64,000 bases of DNA, from NCBI GenBank assembly GCA_028023455.1, contig JAQFVV010000008.1, forward strand, positions 1-64,000. The letters run 5' to 3'. Each line of letters opens with the position of its first letter. Position 1 is the stretch's first letter. The position numbers and the translations under genes were made by a program. The DNA is from Epiperipatus broadwayi. Taxonomy: Eukaryota > Animalia > Onychophora. Of this stretch, positions 51,077-64,000 are shown in pieces. Below the pieces are notes generated by a model, which was given only the letters and a program-made list of their open reading frames with translations, searched no databases and had not been told where the DNA came from.

Positions 51077-51175
51077 GCTGGTTGGCGCAGTTGGTAGGCA
51101 TCCAACTTGGGATTGGGAGTTCCAGAATTGATTCTGATGCTCATAGGTCTGGAACTCAAACTTATGAACTCCCAA
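51077..51175 (+). mobile_element. tRNA-like SINE head (degenerate)
   Basis: A-box TGGCGCAGTTGG, anticodon-like arm TCCAA-CTTGGGA-TTGGG, decayed B-box GAATTGATTCT, followed by inverted copies of part of itself. Confidence 0.5.
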
Positions 51176-54100
51176 GCAATAAAACCATATGCCTTTTTTA
51201 GCAGTCTAATACAATTATATTTTTTTTCACACATGATGCTCTAAATTTGAAGCACTACATATATTATACACTAAGAAGATGGCAAACAATTACTAACTAC
51301 CATCAATGATCAAGATATTTTATTACTTGATCAAAGTATCCTCAATGTATATGCATGCTGCAGTTTGAACTAAAAGACATTCTATTGTATGATGTTTCAT
51401 TTAGTAATCCTTAGTGGTCATCGTGGTCATCAACAAGTGATTATAGATTAGGAATGAGAGAGTGCTATATTGTGTAATGAAATTAAAATATGAAGCAAAA
51501 AATTGTCATGACCCACATATATATGTGTTTCTTGAATTTATCAGTTTGATGGTGTGCATGTGTGTGTGTACATTGACATTTCAATGTTTTTAAGATAAAA
51601 ATTCTGTTGCTGTGTTTTTTTAAACTATTAACAACTTTCCTTTTGAAAGTATATTAATTTAATTATAAAAAAAGTTTGATATTTTTTTTTTTAATCTTAA
51701 TATTTTTGGGTTAACTTTATTAAAATTTTGTATTAATTATATGACTCTCCAAAGTTAAGGTATCAAATGTCATATTCTAAGACTAATTAGTTTTGACGTA
51801 GAATTTATTTGCTTACACATTCAAAAATAATTCCAGTCATAAAATTATATACAGTATATAAAAAAGACCCCAAAGGTCTTACTTACCTGAAAGTTTTTTT
51901 TTTCTATATGATATTCATTGTGATAAGTTTTCTTCAGTGACTGGCTGAAATGAATATTTAAAGAAACTTAAAAATTTTTTTTATTAAATATTAGCATAAG
52001 CAATGAAAATAAATTACCAGTAAAACTATCCTCTTAAATTTTTTTAAAATTAAATACTATCAAATGATTTTGACTGGTAATGGGAAGGTGTGCAGGGGAG
52101 GATAATCCAAAAGTAATTTAATGGGTTGAGCTATTTTTATTCAAATTTAATGTAATTCTATGTTCATAAATTTGTTCATATACCTTTTAGAAGAAACTGT
52201 TAATTTTGAATAAAGCATAAATAACTCATAATTTTTTCATAGTGTAATATTCTTGATTGTGATATGGAATAAAAAAAAATCACAATTTTGTTTTAACAGA
52301 TAGCATTTTGTGTGTGTGTTTGTTTGTGTGTGGAGATTGTTATGATAATTGAATTTGCCTATTTTTTTACTGGTCGTATTCATTTGCTTATTTTTTTTTT
52401 ACTTTTTTGTTTGTTTGTTTTAATGGATTTTATTGTTTTGAACGTTTCAACCTTACATCATTTTATATTTAGGAAGGCAATAAAATCTGTACTATTTTTA
52501 CAATTAATAGTATATAGAATTACTTAATCATATATATTACATATTTGCAAAAAAAAAAATTCAAGACAAACAATGTTCTCTTTAGTAGTGCATCATGAAT
52601 TAAGATGTAAGTATCAGAGTAAATGTGTGTGGAATTTTTTTCTAATTTAATCCGAAAGTGTTTTGTCGATTTCTAGAATCATTATTATATTTAAAAATGC
52701 ATCTAGTGCATCAAAATGCATACAGAATAAATGTTGAAGCTCTAATTTCAGGGGCTACGTTTTTTGTAAACGATTTAAATAATTTTAATGTTGCAATTTT
52801 TTTTGACGATTTGTGAATTGTTTTAAATATAGTTTATAATAATTAGAAATTTTGTGAATTTTAATTTGGATTATTTAATATGCTCTTTATTTTTAAGCAT
52901 GAAATATTTCTGACATTTAGTTGTAAATTTGGCTATAAATATATTTCAATTTCTACAAAATAGAAATTTGTATAAAACAATTTTTTTTAATCAAAGAAAA
53001 TTTCAGACTGCTAAATTTATACATAAAATATTTACTATAAAATAAATATAATTGTATAAAAGATTTTTGACTTTTAATATTTTGATCAGATTAATGCTTA
53101 ATATTTTTAGTTTTCTTTAATCAGATTGCATTCAATGCTGTAATTTGATTTTCTTCAATTATGTTCATAATCAGTTGATGAAAATCTTAACCATAGTTTA
53201 AAAAAATGGAAGAATTTATTAAATTGTTTTCAGTCTTTTGTTTGTTACATATACTTTTTTGGTTGACTTTAATCACAATAATTTTGTTTTTGAGACTGTA
53301 AATTCTATCTTAATATATGATTCTTATCATCTCCTTTAAAACTTCTTGAGTGGTGAAAATGTCATATTAATTAGCCTGATCATTAATGTACAATTACAAT
53401 TTATTAACATAGCGCTATATAAATAAATACCTTATTATATTTTTTATGCATTTATTAAAGATATTTTAATTTTAAACATATTTAAAGTTTTAATTACATA
53501 TTTTAATAGATAAAGTTTTAAATTAAACTTTTGACAAGTTTATTACATTTTTTTCACACAATTACAATTAAACTTATGTATACAATCTTACCTATGGTAT
53601 TTCATATCACCACTAATCTAAAAATATAGACATTTTCTAATCTCTCTTGCTAATATGTATATATATGATCTATTGTTTTCTCCAACAAAGCCAAAAAAAT
53701 ACATTTGAGGATAATTTATTGCATGTGCATTAAAAATAAATATTAATAAATTAGAATTATTAAGAATAAACATATATATTCCACATATACGCACACTCAA
53801 ATATGAATAAATGCACAGGCTGCTAGCATGTTTGTATTTTATTTGATGGCAATTATTTTTTTTTATCTATTAACAATTGAAATATATATATATTTAGTAT
53901 TACAATAAATATATAAAAAAGCTCACCTATTTTTTTTCTTTTCCAGTGCATTTTGAATCTCTTTTTAAAAATGTATAATTTTTTTTTTTATTCAAAATAA
54001 AGGAGAAGCCTGAAATTTTGAGATAAAAACTGGTTTTCAAATTTTAATTCCTCCACCATTTTTAAAGCTATGCACAAAAGTTCTACATCAAATGAAATTT

Positions 54101-55241
54101 TTTTTTTCATTATCTATCCAATGGCATATCTTGCAGCAATTGAATTTTTATAAAGGTGACTTTTAAAAAAGTAGGAAATCCAAGAAACACAGATGATCAT
54201 ATTTAGTCAGTAAAAATAATTTATTCTGAAAATTGAATTATAAATACTTTGTAATATATCTATTTTAATAGAAAGAAAATTTAAATGTATTTAGAATATT
54301 AAAAAATATTTCAAAAGTGATTTGAATTCTTTTTAAAAAAACATAACTTACTTTATCTGTAAAAGTTAAAAAAAAAAAAAAATCTTGAAGTAAATAAGTA
54401 TTTTCAAAGTTTCATTATATTGAAAAAAAAAAGGAAATAAATTATAAAAGATAATTTAATATAGATCAAATGATATATAACATAATTTTAATAGTTTTTA
54501 CAGCAAATTGCAATGGAAGAGCATACAAAAAAAAATAGAAATCGTGTTCAAACGTATCTTACGGGCTACATTCAGTTTAAACATTTTAAAGTTATTTTAA
54601 ATTTATTTATATAAATTATAAATTTTTTTAGACTAGTTTTAAAATAAGTGATTTTTAATGATTTAAAATTATTCTACATTAAATTTCCAATGCAATGAAA
54701 TATAAAGTTAGTTATTGGTTATTATTACTTTTTGTAAAAATAAGCATCCTTTAACTATGTCAGCTGGTTCTCTATTCTAGACAAAAGACATCTATATAGA
54801 GTTATGTATAGAGTTCTTTATTTTCTTTTAAAGTAAATACTATATATTAATTTATTTTCAATCATTTTTTAAATAGTAATACTGATATACATGGAAAACA
54901 GAAATAAATAAATTACTAACTTAATTGGCCATTTTACGAACATGTGGGTATATTGTTTGAGTATAATTGTATATATTGTTATTAATAATTTGTAATGTTA
55001 TAATAATTTTGATAGTGTTATATTTGAACTTTATTAGTTTTATTTGAACTATTATATGTACAATATATATATACAGGACCAGATATGAGTCAATTGGACT
55101 AAACTAATTTAATCTAGTTTGTCTCTGCTCCTGTCATACTTACTGTGCGCTTAATAAATAAGTACAACTTTATAATTAAAAATTGTATTTAAAAAAGCAT
55201 ATAACTCATTTCAAAAATTACATAATCAGGTACTGTGGTAT

Positions 55242-56151
55242 TAGAGCTGCGACATGAAGAATTATAATCGTTTAATCATTAAATTAATTAGGTTATTAAA
55301 TCAAAAACATATTTTAAAATCTATATTTAAAAAAAAAACAACAATTTAACAAAAAAAATACGAAAAGCATTAATGAGGAGAATAATTAAAATGCATGTTT
55401 AAATCAAATTGAGTGCGTGTTTGCACGTGCATATTCTGCATAATCTATTTTAATACATTGTACAGGCTTACACCTGCATTTATATATGTAATATATGCGG
55501 GATTCGAACTCAGACTTTTACATACAACTTTCAGTGCCATCTACTCACCTGATCACACACATGTTGAAAAGATAAATAATCACCAGTGCCATCTTATATT
55601 GCTGATTCACCTGATCACACACATGTTGAAAAGATAAATAATCACCAATATCTGTATTTCGTGCTAAACCAGCACTCATTAAAGTATGAAGATTGGTTAT
55701 CTTAATATAAAGCTGAGTACTAATTGTATATATGTATGGAGATGGTAATCTGAACCAACTGATGATTGTTGGTTTAGCACGAAATACGTATATTGGTGAT
55801 TATTTATCTTTTCAACATGTGTGTGATCAGGTGAGTCAGCAATATAAGATGGCACTGAGAGTTGTAGGTCGTGTGAAAGTCTGAGTTCGAATCCCGCATA
55901 TATTGCATATATAAATGCAGTGTGAGCCTGTACAATGTATTGAAATAGATTATACAGAATATGCACATGCAAACACACACTCAATTTGATTTAAACACGC
56001 ATTTTAACTATTCTTCACATTAATGCTTTTCGTATTTATTTATTTTTGTTAATTTTTTTTTTTTTTATGTAGATTTTAAAATATGTTTTTGATTTAATAA
56101 CCTAATTAATTTAATGATTAAATGATTATAATTCTTCGTATCGCAGCTCTA
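55242..56151. mobile_element. 910 bp fold-back (long-TIR) element
   Basis: Left arm 55242-55680 is the reverse complement of right arm 55762-56151, with an ~81 bp spacer. Termini are TAGAGCTGCGA / TCGCAGCTCTA. No TSD recognised. Confidence 0.9.
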
Positions 56152-56346
56152 GCTTATTGAATATTTGCATATATTTTACTATATATTTTATGAAGGCTAT
56201 GAATATGAGGCATGGATCCTCGAAAACGTTTAGCCGATAAACTTTAATATTAATTTATATTTTCTTCTTTATTAACAATTATAAATATGTTTTTTTTTGT
56301 TATATTCAACTATCTTTTTTTACATTATTATCAATTATCTATATTA

Positions 56347-59300
56347 CAGGCCAAATTGACTAATTATATTGCAGCTTGCAACAATTCACCCATCATGTAA
56401 GAAATTGTCTTCTGCACAGTTGCAAAAAAAAATATGTCATGCATTATCTTTAAAAAAATTATGTTGGACAAATAAATTGTTACTATTTTTTTCTCTAAAT
56501 TATGAATTAAATTACTTTTGTATAAGTGAATTATTTCTGTGCAAGGTAACTTATTTTGATGTTTATTAAGGTAACTAATTTTAATATAGTTTAATTATTT
56601 TATATGATGAACAATTCAACAAACTTATCTATACTAAAGTATTTTTTTTTTGCCTAAACTATTAAAAAAAAAATCTTAGTTGCTAAATTATTTGCTTTAA
56701 AATCTTAAATATTATTCTAAAAATATAAAACCCTAAACTGCTCATTTACATTGTTTACGCAATTTTTTAATACTGTTTAATTAATAAAAGTTATGAAAAT
56801 ATTTTTAATTTGTTTAATACAAATTTAATAAGTTCAAACCAATGTAAAAATATTTATTTTCAATTATTATCTACTTTTGTGAAGAAATCTTAACATTCTA
56901 ACTATTTTTTTTCATAGGATGTCCAATTAAAAATAAGAAAGAGTTGTGGGCAGAAAATACCAAAGTGATAATACCAAAAGAAAATTAAGTGAAATAAGAA
57001 AAAATACAGTTGAAAAGTAAAAAGGCACTTTTCACAAATTTTTAAGAATTCACAATCACAACACAGAATCAGAAGTCACCAATCAAGAAGATGAAAATAT
57101 TTATATAAATGATAATGTCTCCAAAAAAGATGTTCAGGAGAGTAAGATGGATATAGATACTAATCTTGAAAAAACACATTTACAAAAAAGGAAGAAGTAT
57201 CATGAAAATAATTCAATGTGGTGTGCCTGAGAATTAAGAAATAGTTACTGAATATAACAGATGATTCTGCTACTTAACCAGAAAGAATGAGTCAGCAAAT
57301 AGTAGATTATTTATTGAAAAAAGGACTGACAACAATTCTTGTGGATGAATTTCCAAACCAAAATAATAGAAGTCATTTTCAAAAATTCATCTTCCAAATG
57401 GTGGAATCATATATTATCCCTGAATAAAAAATATAAAATACTTTGTTTCTATAATTGTTTTTTCCCATGAAGATATAATGATTGCTTTTGCCACATTAGG
57501 ATTCAATAACTGGCTGAATATCCATACCAGACTACCAGAACATGAAAAATCAAAGCATTATTTTGTTGCATTGTTAAAATGGATTCAAAAGAGACTTTTA
57601 GCTGTGAAAAATATAAACAAGATACAAGAGAGATTATTGAATCAGCAAAAATTGTGATTATGTCAAGTTTTTGAAAGATTATTATTAATGATACAATTTC
57701 AAGCTGACCATAATTTGGCATTTCAAGATTTCTGTTGAAAATATGTGTTTTCACGTAATGGAAACTTTTTGTGAATTATTGAATGATTTGGTAAATTTGA
57801 CCCAATAGTTCAAGACCATCTTTGACAAATTACCAGTAAACAAAATTGAGAACATTGTTTTAGCAAAACAATTCAAAAAAGAATTAATGAATTTAACAGG
57901 AAGCAAAATCCAGAACCAGATCATAAATCAAATAAAATCAGGAAAGTATTTTGCTGTAATTCTTGACTATACTCCAGATATTAGCCACCAAGAACAAATG
58001 CTCTTTACATTCATATATGTCTCTGATAGTACATCACTTAGTTCAATCATTAGTGTTTATGAACAGTTCATTAAATTTAGAAATGTAGAAAGCAGTCCTA
58101 GAGAAAATTTATATCTTCTGCTGAAGTGTAAAATTAATTATTTAGGATTAAATATTGATAATATCAGGGGACTAGAGTATGATAATGATTCAAATATGAA
58201 GGGAAAAATTTCTGGAGTTCAGACTAGATTCTTAAAGGAAAATTCAACAGCATTTTTTACATCCTGTAATTGTCATAATTATAATCTTTTTTTTTTTTTT
58301 TTTTTTGGTAGATATAACTAAAACTGTCCTGATGCATAAACTTATTTTGCTATACTTGAATGCCTTTATGTTTTACTATCATCAGTCATAAAGTGATCAT
58401 CACTTCTTTGTAAATATGTTAAAGGTTTTACTATGAAGTCTTTTTTATGATTTAAGGTGGGAATGTTGGATTCAAAAAAGTGATAAAGTTTTAAGTAGTG
58501 AAGTTTATGATGTACTTCTTAAAATATCAGAAGATCCTCAAGTTAAAAGTAATATCGAATCATTTGCACTCTCAATATAACATTACAAGATTATAGTATT
58601 CCTCATTTTTTTGGTATGATTTATTTTTCCAGATAAATTTTATTAGCAAGGAACTTCAAAGTGATTCCATGAATATTTCTGTAGTGGTTTCTTTATTTGA
58701 AAAACTATGTTGGTTGAATAAATACAGTGATATTGAGTTTAAGCTTATATTAGTTGAGAGGGAAACACTTGCAGAAGATTTGGAGGTAATTTCAGAATTT
58801 CAAAATAAAAGGTTGAGTGAAAAAAGAAATATTTCAGTTGTAATATCAATGATAAGCCAATTATTAATTATACAGAACTGTTCGTAGTAAATTTTTTAAA
58901 TACAGTTCTGGGTGAAACAAAACAATTATTACAAACTCAGTTTGAACAATTGAAAAATTATAAGGATTTATTTGGATATTTAGGAAATTTTCAAAAAATG
59001 GTAAAAGACAAATTAAAAAAGTATGCAGCATAGTTAGAAAATGTTCTGATGAATACTAAAACTACATGAAAAAACTCATCTATTGGTTTTGTGAAGGAGA
59101 CTAATTTATATGGCAATATGTCGGTCAATGAAATGGAAATTCTAAAAATGATTTCATTAGTATATTACAGAAAGGATTCTAAATGTTTCAAACTATGGAA
59201 GAAAATGGTAGAGCTACAGTTTTTCATAATCTCTTCATTTCTCTTCAGCTACATTTAACTATACTAATGTTTGTTGCTTCTGGAGAAAGAATATTTTTTA

Positions 59301-59554
59301 AGGTAAAACTAGTAAAAAAGTGTTTATGATCAACTATGGTCACTTCTCCGAACAAAAAACTAGAAAATATTTTTAAACATTGTTACATATTTCTTCAATG
59401 TAGATGATATATATACTTTGTTTAAATTAGACTGATCCATTACTAATTTTTTTATACTACAAATTGTGTATTTATTTATAAAAGTTAGAGCAATATTATG
59501 GAGACCCAGCAAGAAATTTCCAATTGGGCTCCAAACTAACTCAATTCGGTCTTC
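56347..59554 (+). mobile_element. Degenerate hAT transposon (ZMYM1/DUF4371-type transposase relic)
   Basis: DDSAT*PERMSQQIVDYLLKKG; YFAVILDYTPDISHQEQM; NIRGLEYDNDSNMKGKISGVQTR...CNCHNYNL; C-terminal dimerisation relic LTILMFVASGERIF.KVKLVK..L*STM. Possible decayed TIRs caggccaaattgact / aactcaattcggtcttc; element limits are tentative. Confidence 0.85.
57887..58321 (+). pseudogene. Longest surviving open stretch of the hAT transposase (DUF4371-like region)
   Basis: 144 aa ORF carrying the ILD.TPD.SH.EQ and RG..YDN.SNMKG motifs. Confidence 0.85.
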
Positions 59555-61142
59555 CATACTGAAATGATCGATAACGAGACCAATGAAAGCTATACTTTTG
59601 AGCAAAAGACAAACGGATGATCTAATATGGAAGTGCATTTATTAAAGTAACTTGCAATGCATATAAGTTTTATACTTACATATAAGAGAAAACATAAAAC
59701 TATTTTATACTTTAATAATATATTAAATTTAAAATAAATAAATTTCTCAGGATTAGTACGTATACTCTTAGTCTTATTATACTTTAATGAAAATATTTTT
59801 GCAAATATAATGTTTCTTACTATAAGAATTCATTAAGATTAAATTAATCTGTGTTTAGTTTAAGATTAGCAATTTTTTAAATATAAAATTGACTAATGGT
59901 TTATTTAGGGTTACATAAAATAGGAAAGTAAATGCATAGATTTAAAGTATATTTATTAATCTTAAGATATGATAATATAAAAGGGATTTTATATACATCA
60001 TCTTACCCAATACTTTTGTATTTCATATAGCATTGATAACCAACATAAAAATAGATTTATGTGTAATCTAATATCTTAAATATGATCTTTATCTCATAAA
60101 TATGCAGTGACAATGCTTTTTTAATAATGGCAAAAGAAAATTATTTAAAATGAACAATTGCTTTATTACACAATATAAAATAAATGAAAAAAAAAAAACC
60201 CAATAATAACAATAAAGAAAAGTATGTAAAATATCTAATAAGTCTTAATATTTGTTTCTTAAATCTAATTTTAAGCTTGGGATATAAAAAGTGTATTATC
60301 ATATTAGGTTGCTTATTATTTCAAAATAATCCTCAATTTAAATACTGATGGATAATAATCATCATCATAATGATAAATGCCATATATGGTCCTTAGTTTG
60401 TTTCCACAACTAATCAATTATTAATTAACTTCGCTTAATAATATTAGAGAAGTTTTCATTCTTTTAAAAGAAGCAAGTGCAATTATTGCTTAGCATATCT
60501 AAATAATATTTATAATATTGAGCTTATTTATTTCACCTCAAGATCTTTTACTGAATTCATTTGCAGGCTTAAACAGTAAGAGAGATACTCTACTAACAAA
60601 ATATAACTAGATCATTAGGATGCCTTATTACAAACTATATAACATTTTAAAAATTAATACTAACATATGAGTGGTGCATAAAATATTCCTTAGAGGTCGA
60701 GTTATCTAAATAAGGATGATTAACTCCATTTTAACTTTGAGATTGAACTTAAGAACCCATCAAATATGTAATAATTGTATTATAGCAAAGTTATATATGT
60801 GTTTAAAAGTTACTTACATTATAAATTCTAAACTGAATGTAATAATATTTACTCATATCCAATATCATCAATAATAAAATTAACAAAAACATAATACCTG
60901 TGCATTCTTATATCGGAAGAACTGTTATAAACTTTATTACATTAATAATAATAATATTAACTAACTAAGAAAGAAGCAGTTATAATAAACCTCATTAAAT
61001 AATTCATTGGTTTATCCTCCAACAATTATTATAATGATATAAAAATTTATCTCAATAAACTATTGATATGTGAGAATATTCCATTGCTCTTGGGCATTCA
61101 CAAACACTTTTAAAATAACGGCATTCAAGGTGATATAAAGCA

Positions 61143-62988
61143 CTTTTTTTTTCTTTTTATTAAGAAAAAAATTTACAGTGTCAAGTAGCTACATTTGTAA
61201 TTACAAGAGTTTCATATAGAAGTTCAAAGTTTTGCAACCAATCTGTGTGGCATTGTCATCACAACATTTAGCGCAGTAGTCTGAGATGTCGTCTCATCCT
61301 CACAAATGATAATCTGTGCCCATGTGTCTACAAAGAGACGCTCTGGCACAAGGAGTCAATTTCTGTTCTTCATGCTTAGCAGATTGTTTTAAAAGTTCTC
61401 CGAGGATCACTATGTCCTTGACTGAAGGTATGTTGGCACCTGCTGATCCATAAGGCATGTAGTAGGCATGCCGCTAGCCTGATAGTTGCATAGTTTCCTT
61501 CTTTAATTGCTCGATCAATTGACAGGACATTGCCACAGCCAGAGGAAATGCTTGCGATAATTTTGTTTCTCATGCCACCCAGGTATGAGCAGGCATAGAA
61601 GATGTGCTCCAGTGTTTCTTCATGCATATTACAGAGTTTACACATGGGGCTTATTTGATGAAATCATTTTTGCATCACCAAAAAGTGACTGGTGGGCAAG
61701 GAGGACAAGTTAAACTTGATTATAAAGTCAACCAGCTTTGGTCCTATCCACCAGTATCTTGACTTCCTGAGCATTTGTTTTACAGTCAGTCTTAATTGGG
61801 TAGATAGCGGGTTTTGATTTGGGAAAAGAAGTTTGTACACTTCCCAGTATGTTTGCTTAGCTTTCTCTCTTTGCTCGGTAGCTGAAAATATAGTCCCCAG
61901 TTGATCTTGTAGCTCTTTGACCCATTTACTGGGTATGGGTGGTGGTGTATCTGTGGGCTCCACAGTGTCTTCACTCTGGTCCTTTTCTCTTTTATTGTGG
62001 ATTTTCCTGAGCATTGAAAGAGCTCTTTGAACATAAAACACCTTGACGGCATGGAAACCAAGTCCATTCAGGTCACATGGTCTCTGCACCTTGGCCAGAC
62101 TGATGCATTCAGTTTTTCTCTTCCACATCATCTTGGTGCAGGCTGAATTAATAGCATCCTGAAAACCCTTGGTCGGTTTGAAGATGGGCAAGTAGTAGTT
62201 GATATGCGGAAACACCATATTTAACAATGCCACCTTGCCTGGGAGTGAGAGGGAGATCATTAAGAGAGAGTTTGTTACCTTCTTGGTTTTGTTCAAAAGA
62301 TCCTGCTGGATGGCCCTCCTCATCGCTGTTTTGGAGAGAGCAATCGGGAATCCAAGAAATTTCTGGGGATTTCCTGAATATCTTGATGGTACTGTAACAT
62401 CCCTACTGATTTTCCAGACCACAGATTTGTCTGGGTTGATGGCCAGATTGAATTTGCCAGCATATCTGACCAGCAGTTGGTATAGCCTTGGCAGGTATTT
62501 CTCAGAAGGGAGGAAGATGGTAACATCATCCACATATGAAATGTGGTGTAGTTCCTCCCTTAGTGCTGGCTCAAAGACTCCTGGTAGTTCTTTTTCCACA
62601 TCTTCTAGTAGAGGATTCAGGTAGGTAATGAAACAGAGGGTGCTTAATGGGGACCCCTGGGGGATTGATAGATGTGGTCTGAAACCAGGGGCCAGGGAGC
62701 CATCAAGTGATGTGTGAATTGACCTGTTTAGCAACAAGTTAGCAATAATTTTAACATAGACAATAGGTGCTCCATAGTGCCTTACCAAGGATAGCAGTTT
62801 TGCTGGCATCACGGAGTCAAAGGCAACCGCAATGTCTATCTGAACCGCAACAGGCCCTGATTTTCTATGTGATCTTAAATGCTCCACCAGCAACATGAAG
62901 CGCTGCACCACCTCAATGGTGGATGAGCCTTTGCGCGCAAACTGGTGTACAGAGAGATCCTGGTAAGTAACTGCTGCTGGATCCTATC
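61143..62988 (-). mobile_element. Young 5'-truncated L1/Tx1-clade LINE
   Basis: A-rich tail at 61143-61161 (minus strand), RT plus CCHC coding region, truncated within RT at ~62985. Confidence 0.92.
61664..62911 (-). CDS. LINE reverse transcriptase (partial ORF2), 415 aa
   Basis: AVQIDIAVAFDSV, IPQGSPLSTLCF, SYVDDVTIFL, INPDKS, FLGFPI, GLGF. The frame is open upstream to ~62985 and continues in frame past one TGA into CKLC..EETLEHIFYAC (61376-61645). Confidence 0.9.
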   Translation of the reverse strand: MVQRFMLLVEHLRSHRKSGPVAVQIDIAVAFDSVMPAKLLSLVRHYGAPIVYVKIIANLLLNRSIHTSLDGSLAPGFRPHLSIPQGSPLSTLCFITYLNPLLEDVEKELPGVFEPALREELHHISYVDDVTIFLPSEKYLPRLYQLLVRYAGKFNLAINPDKSVVWKISRDVTVPSRYSGNPQKFLGFPIALSKTAMRRAIQQDLLNKTKKVTNSLLMISLSLPGKVALLNMVFPHINYYLPIFKPTKGFQDAINSACTKMMWKRKTECISLAKVQRPCDLNGLGFHAVKVFYVQRALSMLRKIHNKREKDQSEDTVEPTDTPPPIPSKWVKELQDQLGTIFSATEQREKAKQTYWEVYKLLFPNQNPLSTQLRLTVKQMLRKSRYWWIGPKLVDFIIKFNLSSLPTSHFLVMQK

Positions 62989-64000
62989 CTTTTTATTTGT
63001 AATGTAATTCTTTTGGGAGCACAATATAACAATTAATTAATTCTATTTGACATACTTGTTAATCCAAGGTAAGTTATAATTAATACATTAATCCATTTTG
63101 AAGGTTCGTTTCTTAATTTGCCATTTATTATATTCAATATTTGCATTGATAATTCATAATCCATTAGTGGCATTTAAAGATTTAACATTCATGATGCATT
63201 ATCCATTTCATTAACCACTGGAAACAAATTGTAGTTTACTATACGAAGCAATTTAATCCATTAGAAAAGGTATTATACTTTTATTCAAAAGATTAGCATT
63301 TCATTTGAAGTATATTATTAATTCATTCATTTATAGCTCTTTAATCTATGTTATAAAATAGTTCTAATCATATATATGACCAAGGAAGTAGTTTATCATC
63401 CATAAACAAAGTGATTTTCATTAATTTGGAATTAAAGTTCCGCATTTCTCCAAGCAGCAAAACTTATCGAGGCATATTTGTGTTGAAAAATTGTTATTTA
63501 AAGTTTTTCTTTCCATAATTAAAGACAAGATAAATTTACAATATTGAGACATATTATGCATATTTTTGAAATGAAGAAAACAGTTTACTTTACAATATTT
63601 TGAGAATAAATATCAGCAACTTGTTTGAAATTGATAATCGTAATTGTTCAAATATATCAGCTATTTACTATTACTTTCAATTGAAAAAATCTTGTGATTT
63701 AATTTGAAGTTGTTACCCAGCATTACATGAGACAATTTATATATTTTCCATTAACAGTTAATGTAATTTATTGAAATAAATAAATAATTAATTAATTAAT
63801 CAATGATAGTTTCTAGTTTATTTGTTGTTGTTCATCATCTTAGTATAATGAGAAGAAATTATTTTGCCCAAACCAAGGCGAAATGCCTAGATTGGATTGA
63901 CCTAGTCAATCATGTTCTTGAAAGCATACAAAATAGCTATTTAAAAATTGAAATTAACTAGATTTTGATGGCAATTAATTTTTTGGAAGTCTGATTTTTT

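Noticed and set aside
1747-60000. Most 60-130 aa ORFs in the supplied track (e.g. 4286-4522, 8382-8627, 21894-22199, 24285-24509, 44667-45110, 52312-52527, 59360-59638)
   Set aside because: They are F/I/L/K/N-rich AT-bias ORFs, often with non-ATG starts, or antisense shadows of TE coding regions; no domain motifs.
60815-60840. 10-15 nt micro-exon candidate with a GTAAGT donor (minus)
   Set aside because: Many GTAAGT hexamers are expected per strand at this composition; no supporting context.
17540-62997. Sequence-specific targeting by the Tx1-like LINEs
   Set aside because: The 3' flanks of the three copies share no motif and none lies in a recognisable snRNA, tRNA or microsatellite target.
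61153-62997. 9 bp TSD ctttttatt around the young LINE
   Set aside because: Low complexity and overlaps the A-rich tail; cannot be distinguished from chance.

Overview
Very AT-rich animal genomic DNA (roughly three quarters A+T by eye, visibly CpG-poor outside young repeats), most likely invertebrate intronic or intergenic sequence. No host protein-coding gene could be identified with confidence. The window is a layered transposable-element graveyard. It holds three related L1/Tx1-clade LINEs of different ages (17.6-24.7 kb near full length, 34.3-39.2 kb decayed, 61.1-63.0 kb young and 5'-truncated), several RTE-type LINE pieces, a piggyBac relic and a ZMYM/DUF4371-type hAT relic. It also holds two copies of a TA-flanked Tc1/mariner/pogo-like MITE, a probable solo LTR, a tRNA-Gly-derived pseudogene and a second tRNA-like SINE head. 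The least explained structures are: (i) a palindrome-studded ~376-380 bp head-to-tail monomer found at two loci 43 kb apart that flips orientation at both; (ii) a 1352 bp insert between perfect 25 bp direct repeats that ends in a palindrome; (iii) a 910 bp fold-back element with ~400 bp arms carrying a Pol III B-box; (iv) intron-like spacers inside the piggyBac transposase relic. I did not find a convincing new protein-coding system. All family assignments come from hand translation and recalled motifs, not database searches.
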